A stretch of 57,438 bases of DNA, counting the filler, from Catajapyx aquilonaris (taxonomy: Eukaryota): NCBI GenBank assembly GCA_000934665.2. It is 4 parts of 4 records of this genome, joined end to end, with 100 filler letters (N's around TTAATTAATTAA, not from the genome) between each part and the next. Parts side by side here need not be neighbours in the genome. Positions count along the whole stretch, not along the records: positions 14,389 to 28,679 come from JYFJ02007827.1; positions 28,780 to 43,062 come from JYFJ02007828.1; 2 more parts are not named here. One strand, written 5' to 3'. Below are positions 26,890 through 38,833 of this stretch, piece by piece. The translations under genes and the position numbers were made by a program. The notes beneath the pieces were generated by a model. It did no database searches. It worked only from the letters and a program-made list of their open reading frames with translations, and was not told where the DNA came from. The stretch's first letter is position 1. Each line of letters starts with the position of its first letter.

Positions 26890-27303
26890 AGTTTCCCGCG
26901 TCGAGATGGCGCTGTCGTCGGATTGTCTTTATTTATAAATGGCTATAGGATTCCGTTGAATTCAGAGGAAAACTGTTCCTTATGTAATATCCCTGACAGA
27001 TTTGACCTCTTCCATGTGATCTATGAGCGTACTTTTGGCTCAGCGCCAAGACGACTGAAGTATTTACAGAAGTTTCCGAAATCACCTCCAGACCGGTTTA
27101 ATCATGTTTTAATTTTGAACCTCCCTATAGACATGCCACTAACTAGTTTTTCTTTTTTTCTGCCTTGGTAAAAAATTTACGGCTTTGTGATGTAACCCTC
27201 TGAGACTCCTCCCCCCCCCCCCCNCCCCCCCCCCCCCCCCCCCACTTTTGATGCAATAACATCGCTGGGGTGTGGTAATAAACTTACTTAATTACTTACT
27301 TAC
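26890..27303 (+). mobile_element. 3' fragment of a second LINE related to the element at 19084
   Basis: Encodes ENCSLCNIPDRFDLFHVIYE, homologous to the C-terminus of the first LINE; poly-C, hairpin, AATAAA, (ACTT)n tail. Confidence 0.7.
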
Positions 27304-28095
27304 ACTCAGTGCTCAGATACTCCAGCCAGTGGACCGAAGACCAAGGGGTTCCCCTATCGGTTTGCCCACAGCCACTTGCGCAACATTAAAGAGAATTATT
27401 AATCCTTGAGGACCAGGTACCTGTGCAAATAAGAGCATGCCATAGGAGTAACTCTCACTGTAACTTGGACGCCAATAGCTGTTTTCTCGTGGACCTGTGA
27501 CCTGCTCGCTTATAAAATGTACACTCGCGAAATATACCAACTTATGAAGAAGTGCACAAGACCCTGCGTCCGAAGTTTTTGCTTTCAATTTTACATTTCC
27601 TGGTTCGACGTAATAACGGAGTTCGTTTGCAATTTTATCAAGCCTTTATTTGACTTCAGTTTCTCTTCCAATTTGCATTAAGGCACAAAAAATTCCTTTA
27701 GTGTAGCAGTCTTTTTACATCTCTGTTACAAAGGAACCATTTTATCACAACAAAATCCTGCATCACTTATCAAAAGCATTGTACTAATTATTATTTTCAT
27801 CACAGAATGGTACAGGCATCATAGTGGGTGACAATCAGTGACATCAGCACTATTAGACAAAAACTTGTTTACCACATCTATAATGTGATCAGCCTTAAGA
27901 ATAGCACAGCCTTTCGAGATGACTATAATGATGGTTAAAAAATATAAAACACCTTACACCTAACTGGAATGCCATCAGGTACTGTATCACTGTATTTAAA
28001 AGTAATTGAAAAGGCTTAACATCTAACTGAAATGCACAGTAACAAACAGAACATTAATAGAATTTTAATGACACCAGGTGTGTTGGCTGCCAAAC

Positions 28096-28679
28096 TTAAT
28101 CCATTTTCCTCTGTGCTTGCTGTTTCTTTGGTCCGTGGTGGCAGCGTCGACAGCAGGTAACCTTAGGCTTACAGCAGAAGAGTAGCAGGATGCACATGAA
28201 GATTATACCACCAGCTAGTTTCAATGTCAGTGGGTAGTCCTGCGGCAACTGCTCTGCTGCATCCCAGACATGGGTAATACTGGAATGTCAAGATTGGTAA
28301 CATTATCATTGGACATCTTGTTATGCTATGAGAAGCATGCAACGGTTGGTACCTGAACTATCAAATGTTGATATGAATTTGTACAAAACTGTTTTGTCTA
28401 CTGGCTGATAAACTGCATAAGATACTCACAGTGTGGTCCATGGGTCTGGAATGTCTTCAGCAGGCAAGTCCTTGAGCCAGTATGTCACAAACGAGATTAA
28501 GGAATGAATATCATACTTCTGAGGATTGTAGCGATGCATTTTTCCAGAGTTGAACCTGGCGGTGCAAGCGTTTCTTAAGTAACATGCACCAATATTAATC
28601 ACAGAGAAATAAGCTACAAAGCATCTTACAAGATGATAGTAGGGTACTGATCTATGTTGAATCGACGTCCAGTGACAGT
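28096..28679 (-). CDS. Thioredoxin domain-containing single-pass membrane protein, 3' exons (5' part lost in gap)
   Basis: Exons 28679-28630, 28555-28430 and 28279-28096 with GT-AG sites and matching phases give TVTGRRFNIDQYPTIILFNSGKMHRYNPQKYDIHSLISFVTYWLKDLPAEDIPDPWTTLITHVWDAAEQLPQDYPLTLKLAGGIIFMCILLLFCCKPKVTCCRRCHHGPKKQQAQRKMD*. This resembles the C-half of arthropod Trx-domain proteins (GRRF.V...P..I.FRQGKMYRY...YD..S.VSF...W.K) plus a TM helix. Not in the ORF track. Confidence 0.85.
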
Positions 28680-28779
28680 NNNNNNNNNNNNNNNNNNNNN
28701 NNNNNNNNNNNNNNNNNNNNNNNTTAATTAATTAANNNNNNNNNNNNNNNNNNNNNNNNNNNNNNNNNNNNNNNNNNNN
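28680..28779. other. Scaffold gap of unknown true size (also 14289-14388 and 43063-43162)
   Basis: 100-bp N-run with central TTAATTAATTAA; it presumably hides the POLR2K last exon and the 5' half of the Trx gene, so it is likely larger than shown. Confidence 0.95.
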
Positions 28780-29039
28780 TTGGGGCGCAGCCCCGAGGGG
28801 GGGTGTGGGGGGGCGGAGCCCCCCCACCTCGCAAAGCGAGTCTGAAAATGCGGCTGCATGTTAATCAACACTTTTTATCATAGGCAAGGGTGACAAATGA
28901 CAAGTAGCAATAGCATGTGCACACACAAAGATATTCACACAATAAATTCAGTATTATAAATATCAAAAGAAATGTTTAAAATAACCAAGTTTCATATTAA
29001 AATATGGGCATTCATGCTGATTTTGAGAGAAAAGGATAC

Positions 29040-30910
29040 ATCTCTTGGTCCTCTTCTTGTACATGATGCGATATCCACACTCCCTGCATCGGATGGGGTC
29101 TCTCGCTCTCATCTCATTCTCATGGTGGCATTCTTGTGGAGAAAATGAGAAACCTCAATTAGTACAGCGAAACTAGGCAACAAAAGCGAAATTGGATATG
29201 CGCTGGCTTACAACAGTCTTGAACCAAACTTTCTGAAGATAGAACCTTCCCTTGAACATGGTTGGGTAATTATATTCTTCCTCCATGCCGGTTGCCCCGC
29301 AAAGCGCGGCAACCGGCAGTGCGGCATGGCCCTGCGCACGCAGGGTCCATGAAAAGGAATAGTATGGAATCGCTACGCTCCCAATGTTAATTTGCCGACT
29401 TCATAACTCGCGATCGGGTTAATCGATTTCAAATCGGAAACAAGATTTACACTCCGCTCACTCCAGTTACCAACTTTAGATAGATAAACAACAACTAGGG
29501 CCATTACCGGGGTCACTAGCTGGGGTGAAAGTTCAAAAAAGTGCCGTTACTTCGACAAGGGTACAGCCTAAACAGTGTGTCATAGAGGGTCATACCATGT
29601 GTCATTAGAACCTCAATGTTCCCAGGAGGTGCCCTTCGGCATATCGTTTTTTGAAAAAAAGCTTTTACCTTTTGAGTTACGAGGCGATTTCGATAGTGTC
29701 CGTTTTGTGGCTCTCACTCTCTTTCTGTACTACGGAGAAACTCATCATGACCCATGTACTCGTCTGAGAGTCTATGCAGAGAGGCTCTTAATAATTTAAA
29801 AAATGTCCCCATTTGTTTGCTCAATGCCTCTCAGCATCAACAATGTTGATCTCTCAACCAAAAGGGGGAAAAGATTGTCGTCGCCCCCCCCCCCCCTTTT
29901 TTTTTTGTTGAGTTGTACAGCGCATGTATCAGTCTGCCTAGGGTCTGCAGCTATTAACAACAGTTCAATATGCCTTCCATGATTAGACAAATGCGCAAAT
30001 ATAAGTTTCAACACTATAGAAACAGTGCCGCGGCTGCGATAAGTGACTTTCAAGACGTCATCAGTGACCCTTCAGTGCTCTATTACTTTATTCTGATGAT
30101 GAAAAGAATTAAATAAAATAGGCAGTAAAACTGCCGAAAACTATTCTTCCTCTGGGTGAGATTAAGGTATATAGTCTGGTGACCCCGGGTAGCTTGCCCC
30201 CTGGGGTAACTTGTTGTTTACTGCTATCCTTTTACATATGTTGCCATGGTGTTTGCCCACGGGCAAGCTTACCCCGGGTCACCAGACTAGGAGCCTTAAA
30301 AGTAAGAAGCAAGTCCGTAGGTGGGGGTTGGTTCGTGTCATGGGGATGTGTGATAATTAAATTTAATTCAAAACATTCGTGCTTTGGGGCTGGGAAGAAT
30401 TCGGAAGATATCCCTTTTATGTACTCCTCCGACTCTCATATTCTGCCTAACTCTTCCCAGCTCCAAAGCACGAATGTTTTGAATTAAATTTAATTATCAC
30501 ACATCCCCATGACACGAACCAACCCCGACCTATGGACTTGTTTCTTACTTTTAACACTTAACTAGTAAGGTGGGGTCTCGAGTAAGCTTGGGTCGAGTAG
30601 CTTGGGGTCAAAAATGACCCCACCTTACTAGTTAAGTGTTTATCTCACCCAGAGGAAGAATAGTTTTCGGCAGTTTTACTGCCTATTTTTTTAGTCTTAG
30701 TGCATGCTGTTACCATGTGTGCCAATCAATTTAAAACAAACTAGGTAGGGTGGTAATGTGGGTAGTGGGGATGACCTAATCATAAAAAGGCAGGGGGTGG
30801 TTACCTCCGCAGATGTAGACCATGGGCGCCTTGACTTGGGTCTGCTCCTTCCCAGGTGCGGCGCCTCCTCCTGGGGTGGACCCTCCTGCCCCGCTCACCG
30901 GCGAGTCCAT
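29040..30910 (-). CDS. POLR2K: RNA polymerases I, II and III subunit RPABC4 (RPB12); last short exon not found
   Basis: Exon 30910-30805 ([35 protein letters not shown]) joined in phase 1 to the 93-bp exon 29132-29040 ([31 protein letters not shown]); diagnostic zinc ribbon; canonical splice sites. Confidence 0.97.
30114..30690. repeat. Nested array of palindromic elements in a POLR2K intron
   Basis: Outer arms AAAATAGGCAGTAAAACTGCCGAAAACTATTCTTCCTCTGGGTGAGAT enclose three more inverted repeats (about 30172-30289, 30297-30553 flanked by TTAA, and 30552-30640). Confidence 0.85.
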
Positions 30911-31878
30911 CTCTCCAAAGGGTCAGAAACCAGCTTTAAGCCTTAACCTTCCCTTTTTCCGCCCTGAAACCCTCCAAAAGACAGAAAGGCAAACAGAAGC
31001 GCCCTGTTTATGTTTCGGCTTTCGGCAAGTTACCAAATGGACGCCATCTTGGCTGCTGCTCAATTCCACTGCACACCTCGCACACCTGAACCCGTGCCTG
31101 CACCCATGGCCTGCACACTCCTACGCACCTCCTAGAATTAAATAGTAGGCTATGCTAGTATGCCGAATGCAGCTTTCCTTGAGCTTCAGTACTGTACCTA
31201 AAGCAACTTGTAAGGTACTTGCAATTCTAGGTGCTGTACCGTGTGCTGTACCGTGCTGTACTATACTTGAACCCGCTGACAGCCGCTGAGCCCGCTTTTT
31301 TCGAGCCCCGCTTTCATTTGAAAATCCACCAGAGGTCGGGCGTAACCGTAACCTGCCGTAACTGTTACTGTATGTATGGTAGTATGGGCTGGTATGGGTA
31401 TGGGTCAAGGTATGGGTAGTCTTGATGGTAGTAAATACATAACAGTGCATTCTTCCAAAAGCATGAGTTTAAAATTTCATATTGGTTTTCAGAACGGTTC
31501 CGGAAATATACTCATTGAAAGCAATGGAAAAAGTGCATCTTCCCATTCCATGTTATTTTGGTACCCCTTAAAAGAAATATTAATATCTCGATAACTAAAT
31601 TTTATCTTGTAAAACTGATTGCTCCGTAAAGGTTCACTTGGATGTGGGTTTCACATATATTTTTTTCACAAAAATCGATGACTATGCCTTGACACCCACT
31701 GGCTGATCTGAAATGGGGAACCACCCTATTGAATAAAAAATTGCCTAATATGATCGTTTGGTACAAGAACGGGAATAATCGCCCTGTGCAGGGTGTCACC
31801 CTTCTTCCCTCTTCACAAACTTTGGGTTATTGTTTTCGATTAGCCTAGCCTATATACTATTACACAATACCATATAGA

Positions 31879-31914
31879 CAGGGAGCATATACTACATGTA
31901 GTATATGCTCCCTG
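31879..31914. mobile_element. 36-bp TIR-only mini-element
   Basis: Perfect palindrome CAGGGAGCATATACTACATGTAGTATATGCTCCCTG flanked by direct repeat ATATAGA; same terminus as the element at 42518. Confidence 0.75.
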
Positions 31915-33008
31915 ATATAGAGGCATATAGAGTGTACACTGTACAGTATATGGAATTCAAATTTTATAAACAAACTTCCTAAAAATAATATAGATAAATG
32001 GATGCCCCGACCACTACCGCCATACACAGGCCATACATACCCGAGCAGCGCTGGGTAACCTGCTAGTATACAGTATTTACATGGTAAAATTGCACATCAT
32101 ATTTCACAAAATCAGGAAATATAAGTTAACTTTCTATGATAATTTAATTTTTTGAAACTCTAGAACTTCATGACTATGCATGAAAACTTCGATGAAAACT
32201 GTTTAAATACGGTATGTTGAGGGAGGCGGAGTGGCGACACCCCCTTCATTTCGTGCAGAGTTCATACGACTCATGAACTCTGCACTCTGGACCAACTTTC
32301 AACATAATCAAGAGCTAATAACTCTTGACCAAATTCGTTTGGCTCAACTTTTCCCATATAGAGTACCGGTATAGTCGTATAATCACCCCACCATGGTATG
32401 TCCTTTCCGTAATAATGGACAAGTTATTATTTTCTCTAAATCGAAGGTTTGACATATGTTTGATACAGGCACCAGGTTTATTATCAACTTCTTACCACGT
32501 GCCAAAACTGCGCAAAATAATCTTTATTTCACAAAGCAACTTCAATGAGATACCCATCCTTCATATAGGGCCTAATTATGGGAATTACTCCGTACACTGT
32601 ACTTGCGCAACAGTACAACAGCCTTGAAAATGTAGCAGGAAATCACGCGAGTCCCGTAATACTCCCATCACCACAAAAAGGAGATATCCTACCCAGCATA
32701 GAATTTTTTCCCGCTACTTTCTTGCTGCTAATAGGGAAAAAGCAGCGAGCAAAATCTGCCTAATAATGCTGCGTTCTGAGACATTTAGGGAAAATAGGCG
32801 GGCTTGCAGATAGTATCGATCAAACATCTCATTGTATCGGTTGTGATCCATGGGAACCGCCTGCTCTGTCTGCAGCTGCCTGTGACCTCCCTTATCTGTC
32901 ACTGTCTGGCTCTGGGGCCACTGGGGGTCATATTCCACCATCGTGATCCGCCTGAAGAGGACTATTCCGAGCAGCGTTGCGTCCGGTTCCACACATTCAC
33001 CGACGAAG

Positions 33009-36000
33009 ATGGACAGCAAATTGAAATACGCAGGGGTGGTCGTTGTAGTCATGTGTAAGTGCATGCACTTTGGTTTTGTTCTAGTCTGGCTAGATTACAG
33101 TTATTCCTATTATTTGTTTTTCAGTCACGTGCATGAAGCTGGGTTACGGAAAGAACTCTGGGTAATACTTATCATAATGGGGAGGGGGCGCTCTGTGCAC
33201 ATGCGGATGTTAATGTATGGTGTTCCATGTGCTTTTAGGATATATTTAACGACTGTTTAAATTACTGTTGACATTAGAGAGGGAGGTGTTGGAGTTCATT
33301 CCTGCCTATGCACCGATCGTTTGATGCCGGCGGTAGCTTCGTCTACTGGTAGGGCCGCCCAAGCCGGACAGGTCTTTGGGATAGGAGACAGACTAAGAGA
33401 GATGCCAGTCTTTCCTCTCTCCTTTTTCCTCTTCGTTTCTCTCTCCATCTGTCCCACCTTTGCTTCTTCTTATAGCCAGATAGCCACAGTTGCTTTGGCT
33501 TCTTCCGAATAAACCAAACCAAACAACAGTGACGTCAGAGGGCAATCCCATACCATATAATTAGCTCGAAAACTAATATTTATTTCCTCAAACTAAAAAC
33601 ACCAAAAGTCATTTAAAAATAAGGACGATTTTTCACATGGGTTTGAAAAATCGAGGCTAGGACCCCGCCATTGATGTCAAAAATACACATTAATTTCATA
33701 ACAATCATATACCTCGAGGTACATAATATGTTACAAACTCAAGAGGACTCCACAGCTCGCCCGCTCCCCCTCCCCCTCCCCCCCACGCTGGCGCTGGCTA
33801 TGCTTCATTAATATTTGAGTATAAGCATTGGTGCACACTCTTATTGGAAAGTGAAAGAGAAGTGTAAAGGTGCGTTTACATGTGAGCGATGAATCCAATT
33901 GCTTGGGGTGAAAGTAACAATCGATTTTCACCCCCAAACAATTGGATTCATTGCTCGGCGATGACATCGTGCGATCAAATCGCTCACATGTAAGTGCACC
34001 TTAAGGCTTACTTAAATGCCAGATTACACTTGCCTACACACTTATGACACAAGCAAAGTTATTGGCCAATGTTCAGTACAATGCATGCCATTTGATTTTC
34101 CAAATACAGGGTGTTCGTGAATCGACCAGTCAGACCTGTAATCGTGTCTTCATTGTCACCAGATTTAGCGATTGGGCCTAAGAGTGATTGTCAAATAGCA
34201 GTGACAAGTGCGATTGCTCTTGAAAAAGATTGCGATTGCTCTTTAAAAAAAATTGAAAAGCTGCCATTTTGACCGGTGATGAAATTTCAGGGCTGAAGGT
34301 TTCCATACCTCCCAAGATACTTATTTGTACTTGTCATTTGAAGGCAATTATCTCAGTAATGAGGTTGCCCAGACATAATGACTCCTCTACATAACATGAT
34401 CCTCTGGTGTCAATTGAGCCGCAGGTACAGGTCTGACTGGTCAATTCACCAACACCCTGTATTTTGCATGAATGATTAAGATGCAAAGCTTCACAGATAC
34501 ATGTTCAGGGATAGGGGAAAAAATGCTCATCATCACAAACTATTTACACACAAAAAATTGCAACAATCAACTGCATGCATGTGAATTTCAAGGTGACTAC
34601 TGGCTTCGTTTACAGAGCTAGGGGTGAGTGATCCATCCCCCTCCTCCCTCCCTCAGACCATTCACACAGGTAGAGTAACACCCTACACATATCATGGTAT
34701 CACAAAACACTATAAGACTTCTTGGACACATGCCGAGTGAACAGATGTAGTTTAATTTTTCAGCCACATTTTGTAGTAATTTGGAAATATTTAACAAATT
34801 CTGGGGGGACAAACAAACAAACTCACAAACAAACTTCCTTATTTATAGATATAGAGATTATTAAAATAATGCCAGCTGGTGACAGTGGAGTTTTGCCTTG
34901 GGTGATGTGATGGTTAGCAACTGATTGCAATATGCTTCTTTACTTTTGGAGCATAGCATCACTTCTGAACCATTTTCCATGTTTGTGTAAGTGGTAGGTG
35001 GGCCCTTAGCATGTATTTCACACATGTGGAAGGGTTACACTCTCCACTCTCCAGCATTGGGGGGGAAAAAATGTTGCAATTGGGGACTCTCGAATGCTCA
35101 TTAAAATTGAACTGGAGACATCAGTTCGACTTGTAACAAATCGCTCATTAACCGTTATTGTCGTCATTGTTGGTGGTGGTGATTGCATACTTGTAAGTGT
35201 GACCATCAAGATATCTAATTCTGTAGTTGTGACATATTCAGAAAAAGGAGCAATTTCTCTTGACAACTTGTTCTACCTTCCAGGCTCATATGTTGCCTGG
35301 GTCAGCATGAGCTGGCTTGGTATGCTACTGACTGCAGTTTTGGCTGTATTCCTGCCAAGGTTCCTGGCGGGAATGCTCACTGATTGTGATCTTGTGCTCT
35401 TTTTGGCAGAGAAGTTTGGGCGCCCAATTGGTGAGTAGAAGGTGACTTCAAAACATGTTCTAACTTTCTGTTAATGTGATGTTCTTCACATAATAATTTA
35501 GACGGATGATTTTTGGAACAGCTAAAGTAGAAATCTATTGTCCAGTGATGTGCCGCTCTTTTATATACAATTATACATCCTACAGTCTTTGCATCCATTT
35601 TATTTGCAGTGTGTGATAATTGCAGTCACTGAGATATTTTTCTGTCTCTCTCATCAGACATGCTGAAGGGCCAAGTGGTGTGGGTGACTGGTGCATCCAG
35701 TGGAATTGGAGAAAGTCTGGCAGCTTGCTTGTCATCCCATGGAGTCAAGTTAGTTTTGTCAGCTCGCAGAAAAGCTGAGCTGGAGAGAGTTAAGGAGCAA
35801 TGTCTTGCATTAGGGAAGTGCTCAGACTCTGATATCATGGTACTTCCAATGGATGTCCAAGATGTGGAGAAGCATTCTGAGTACCTTCAGTCTGTAATAG
35901 AGAGGTTTGGACAGCTGGACATCCTTGTCAACAATGCAGGACGTTCCCAGAGGGCAGTATGGGAAGATATTGACCTGGAGGTGGACCAGCAGATGTTCCT

Positions 36001-38833
36001 CCTCAATGTGTTTTCTGTTGTGTCCCTCAGCCGAGTGGCTCTCAAATATTTCTTGGGTAGAGAGGGAGGGCCAAAGGGACACATTGCAGTCACTTCAAGT
36101 GTGGCTGGGAAAGTTGGAGCTCCATTTTCTGGCACCTACACTGGATCCAAGCATGCCTTACATGTAAGGATAATGCCATATTTGTTTATATTGTTATGTT
36201 CTGAGAGGGTTGACTTGCATGTCATTAATTTGAACAATTTCATAGTCAAATGCTAATAAGGTTGCATATTTATGAAAATTTTTGTATCTTCTCTGGCAGT
36301 AACTATCAATTCATTTCCCAATCAGAGCATGATGATACAAGACTAAGACACTTTTCATGCCTGTAAAGCTGGTGACGTCCAGCAAGTTGCAAGTCTTAAC
36401 CAGCAATTTTATTGTGATTTAATGATAATGCTTATGATGGAATAGTAAGGTTTCACGCCCCTGTTACAGGCCTTTATGCTTCTCTAAGATTACCAATACA
36501 ATATTGCATTTTTCTGTTCTACCAAAGAAAGCTGCAATGGCTTATGGGCATATATGCCCACCTGTATTGTTAGCTTTCTTATGTCGGACAGAAGGTTTGC
36601 TTGAAATTGCTAATGCCTTGTTATGTAATTTGTATTAGGGTTATTTCGAGTGCCTGAGGGCAGAGAAGGCTGGTAGTGGGATACATGTCACACTGCTCTG
36701 CCCTGGCCCAGTGGAAACTAACTTCCTTGGGGAAAGCTTCACTGCAAAACCTAATGAGGTAAGTGTTATCACAAGTTAGACTCTGTTAATTGGTTTCATG
36801 TGAAATATTAACATCATTTTGGACACAGCCTACTCACAAACATACAAATGTATTATTACCTGTGGAGACATTTCTTAAGTTATCTCACGGTGTGATAGGA
36901 CCATTGGTTTCACTCTCGATTCATGCACAAGAGGGGGCTGAACATTGCCAGACATACCAACCTACGATGCATATCGAGAGAGGGCAGCAACTGCCTCATA
37001 AACTATGCACAAGACAGTGACGTCATCCTATTGTGTCATCTATGGGGTTTTTTAAAGGTGGCTTCTCTCTAAGAAATCCAAGAAAATTCTATATGGTTCT
37101 ATATATGGTTGCCCAGCCTCTCTGATGAATTATGAAAATATAAAGTGTTCGCTAAAAACATTTTAAAGGTCCAGTTTAAAAGGAAGTAATGTGATCCGCC
37201 AGGTGCAAAAAGAAGCCGGCTCAAGTGGCGAGCGGGCAACGCCCAGAGCTCCGAGCAGTCCGCCCGGCCAATTAGGTGTGAGGATGCTTTTTACGACCAA
37301 ATTGGCGCCGGGGGAGTTTGCTTACCATTCACAGATCGTTCTGATTTTTTACCCGGTGAAAAGTAAGTTGCAGAATTTCGGGATTTTTTAAAATGGGTTT
37401 CAGCTGGACGTCCACATACCTGGAAATAAATGGCAGAGAGCTGTGTGTATTTAAATTCATGCAGTAAGTGTTTGTTTCAGGTTGTTTACAATGAATGAAA
37501 CCTTTGGCCTAGGACGTCATGCTATTAAAAATATCATGCGAGTGGCGTAAATACTCATGAACATAGAAACTATGAACATTTCGTAAGGCTATGGTGAAAG
37601 AAATTTCCGTCAGTGTTACACCAGTGAATTTAAAAAAAAAAAAATCTTGTTTGGTTGCTACAATTATTGTCCCTGACAATAATTGTAGCAATGAACTAAG
37701 GAGTACCGGTATGCGTTTAAGCCACAAGTTGTAGCACAGGTGTTGTGATTTACATTTTGCTCGACCTTCATTGTGACCTCAAAATATGTGGCTTTGCAGG
37801 TGTAAGGAAACCAAACTGGAAGTGGAAAAAAAACTTGTAATGATTGCTTTGGGATTGAAAATGTAGTTTTTATTGGCTACAGGCATAATTGAATTTTGAA
37901 ATTGTAGTGTAAGGGGAAACAGCTTAAATATCATCATTAAAATTCAATTGTAATTTATGACAGCACCCTGAATCTGTTTTACAGCCAGTAATTGCACTTT
38001 AAATGCTTTGTGACAAATGCACACACTTTTTTGGGTTACAAACTTACAATTCCTACATTTTTGTGCCCATTTATGGATTTATGGATTTAAAATGGTGTTA
38101 TATTTCATTGCATTTCAATTTCTAATCTGCCTGAGATTCACACACACTTTACATTCATAAAATGGGTCCCACAGGAAGGCAGATATTTATGTAGCCTGTC
38201 AAGGGATTAGGCACTACTCATGGAAGTGTAGAGTGCAAGGATGGATTAATGGAAAGTGATGAGTCAACCAAGATGCACTGTGTCTCGTTGTCTGAAGTGT
38301 ACACCAATGTACAAAATTTCAGTTCAGTCTTTCCATGTTTTTGATGATATTGATTGATTTATTGCTAAAAAAAAATTGTGCCATTTTATTTAAAGTAGTG
38401 GCCATAATTTATGAAAGCCTGATTTAAACCCACTGAGTATGGCCACTTAGCAAACTGAACTGCAACTCTCGTGGCTTTATATATTCCAGAAATACAGTCA
38501 GAGTATGAGCCCCTCACCCTTCCGCCTTACTTCTGACCGATGTGGCTACTTGTGTGCAGTTTCTCTGGCCAATCACCTAAGTGAGGCTTGGATGTCAAAG
38601 AGGCCACTGCTTCTCTTGGTCTACCTCTACACATTTTTTCCTAACTTGATGCACTAGTAAGTTTTTGCTTAGATCCATTTGGGATTGACTGCATGTTGAT
38701 GGTTTTAACCAGTGCATAAGTGGCATGTATTTGCATTTTTTTCAGTGTGATGAGGACTTTTGGCCCAAAGCTTTTCCTCCGATTTCGTGACAACAAGTCA
38801 GAAATTGCTAAAGATACTGAGAAGAAAGACTGA
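33009..38833 (+). CDS. DHRS7: Dehydrogenase/reductase SDR family member 7, copy 1 (357 aa)
   Basis: Exons 33009-33054, 35284-35430, 35658-36163, 36639-36758, 38490-38656 and 38746-38833 (1074 nt, open, all GT-AG). Motifs DCDLVL, VVWVTGASSGIGE, LSARR, LVNNAGRSQRA, VTSSVAG, YTGSK, CPGPV, RC..L...ANHLSEAW. Confidence 0.95.
33325..33524 (+). mobile_element. 5'-truncated copy of the headless structured retroposon (DHRS7 intron 1)
   Basis: Near-identical to the reverse complement of about 51377-51575; (AAACC)n tail. Confidence 0.85.
33868..34001. mobile_element. PIF/Harbinger-type MITE
   Basis: TIR AGGTGCGTTTACATGTGAGCGAT / ATCGCTCACATGTAAGTGCACCT; TAA TSD. Confidence 0.85.
34107..34459. mobile_element. 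Tc1/mariner-type MITE
   Basis: TA|CAGGGTGTTCGTGAATCGACCAGTCAGACCTGTA...CACCCTG|TA. Confidence 0.85.

Noticed and set aside
25635..26890. Long GC-rich overlapping ORFs (up to 218 aa) and short repeats
   Set aside because: No recognisable domain; open frames on both strands are expected from GC-rich repeat DNA.
27300..27680. Octamer plus TATA arrangement suggesting an snRNA, 7SK or RNase P/MRP gene
   Set aside because: No match to U1-U6, U3, 7SL, 7SK or RNase P/MRP conserved motifs, and no Pol III terminator at a sensible distance.
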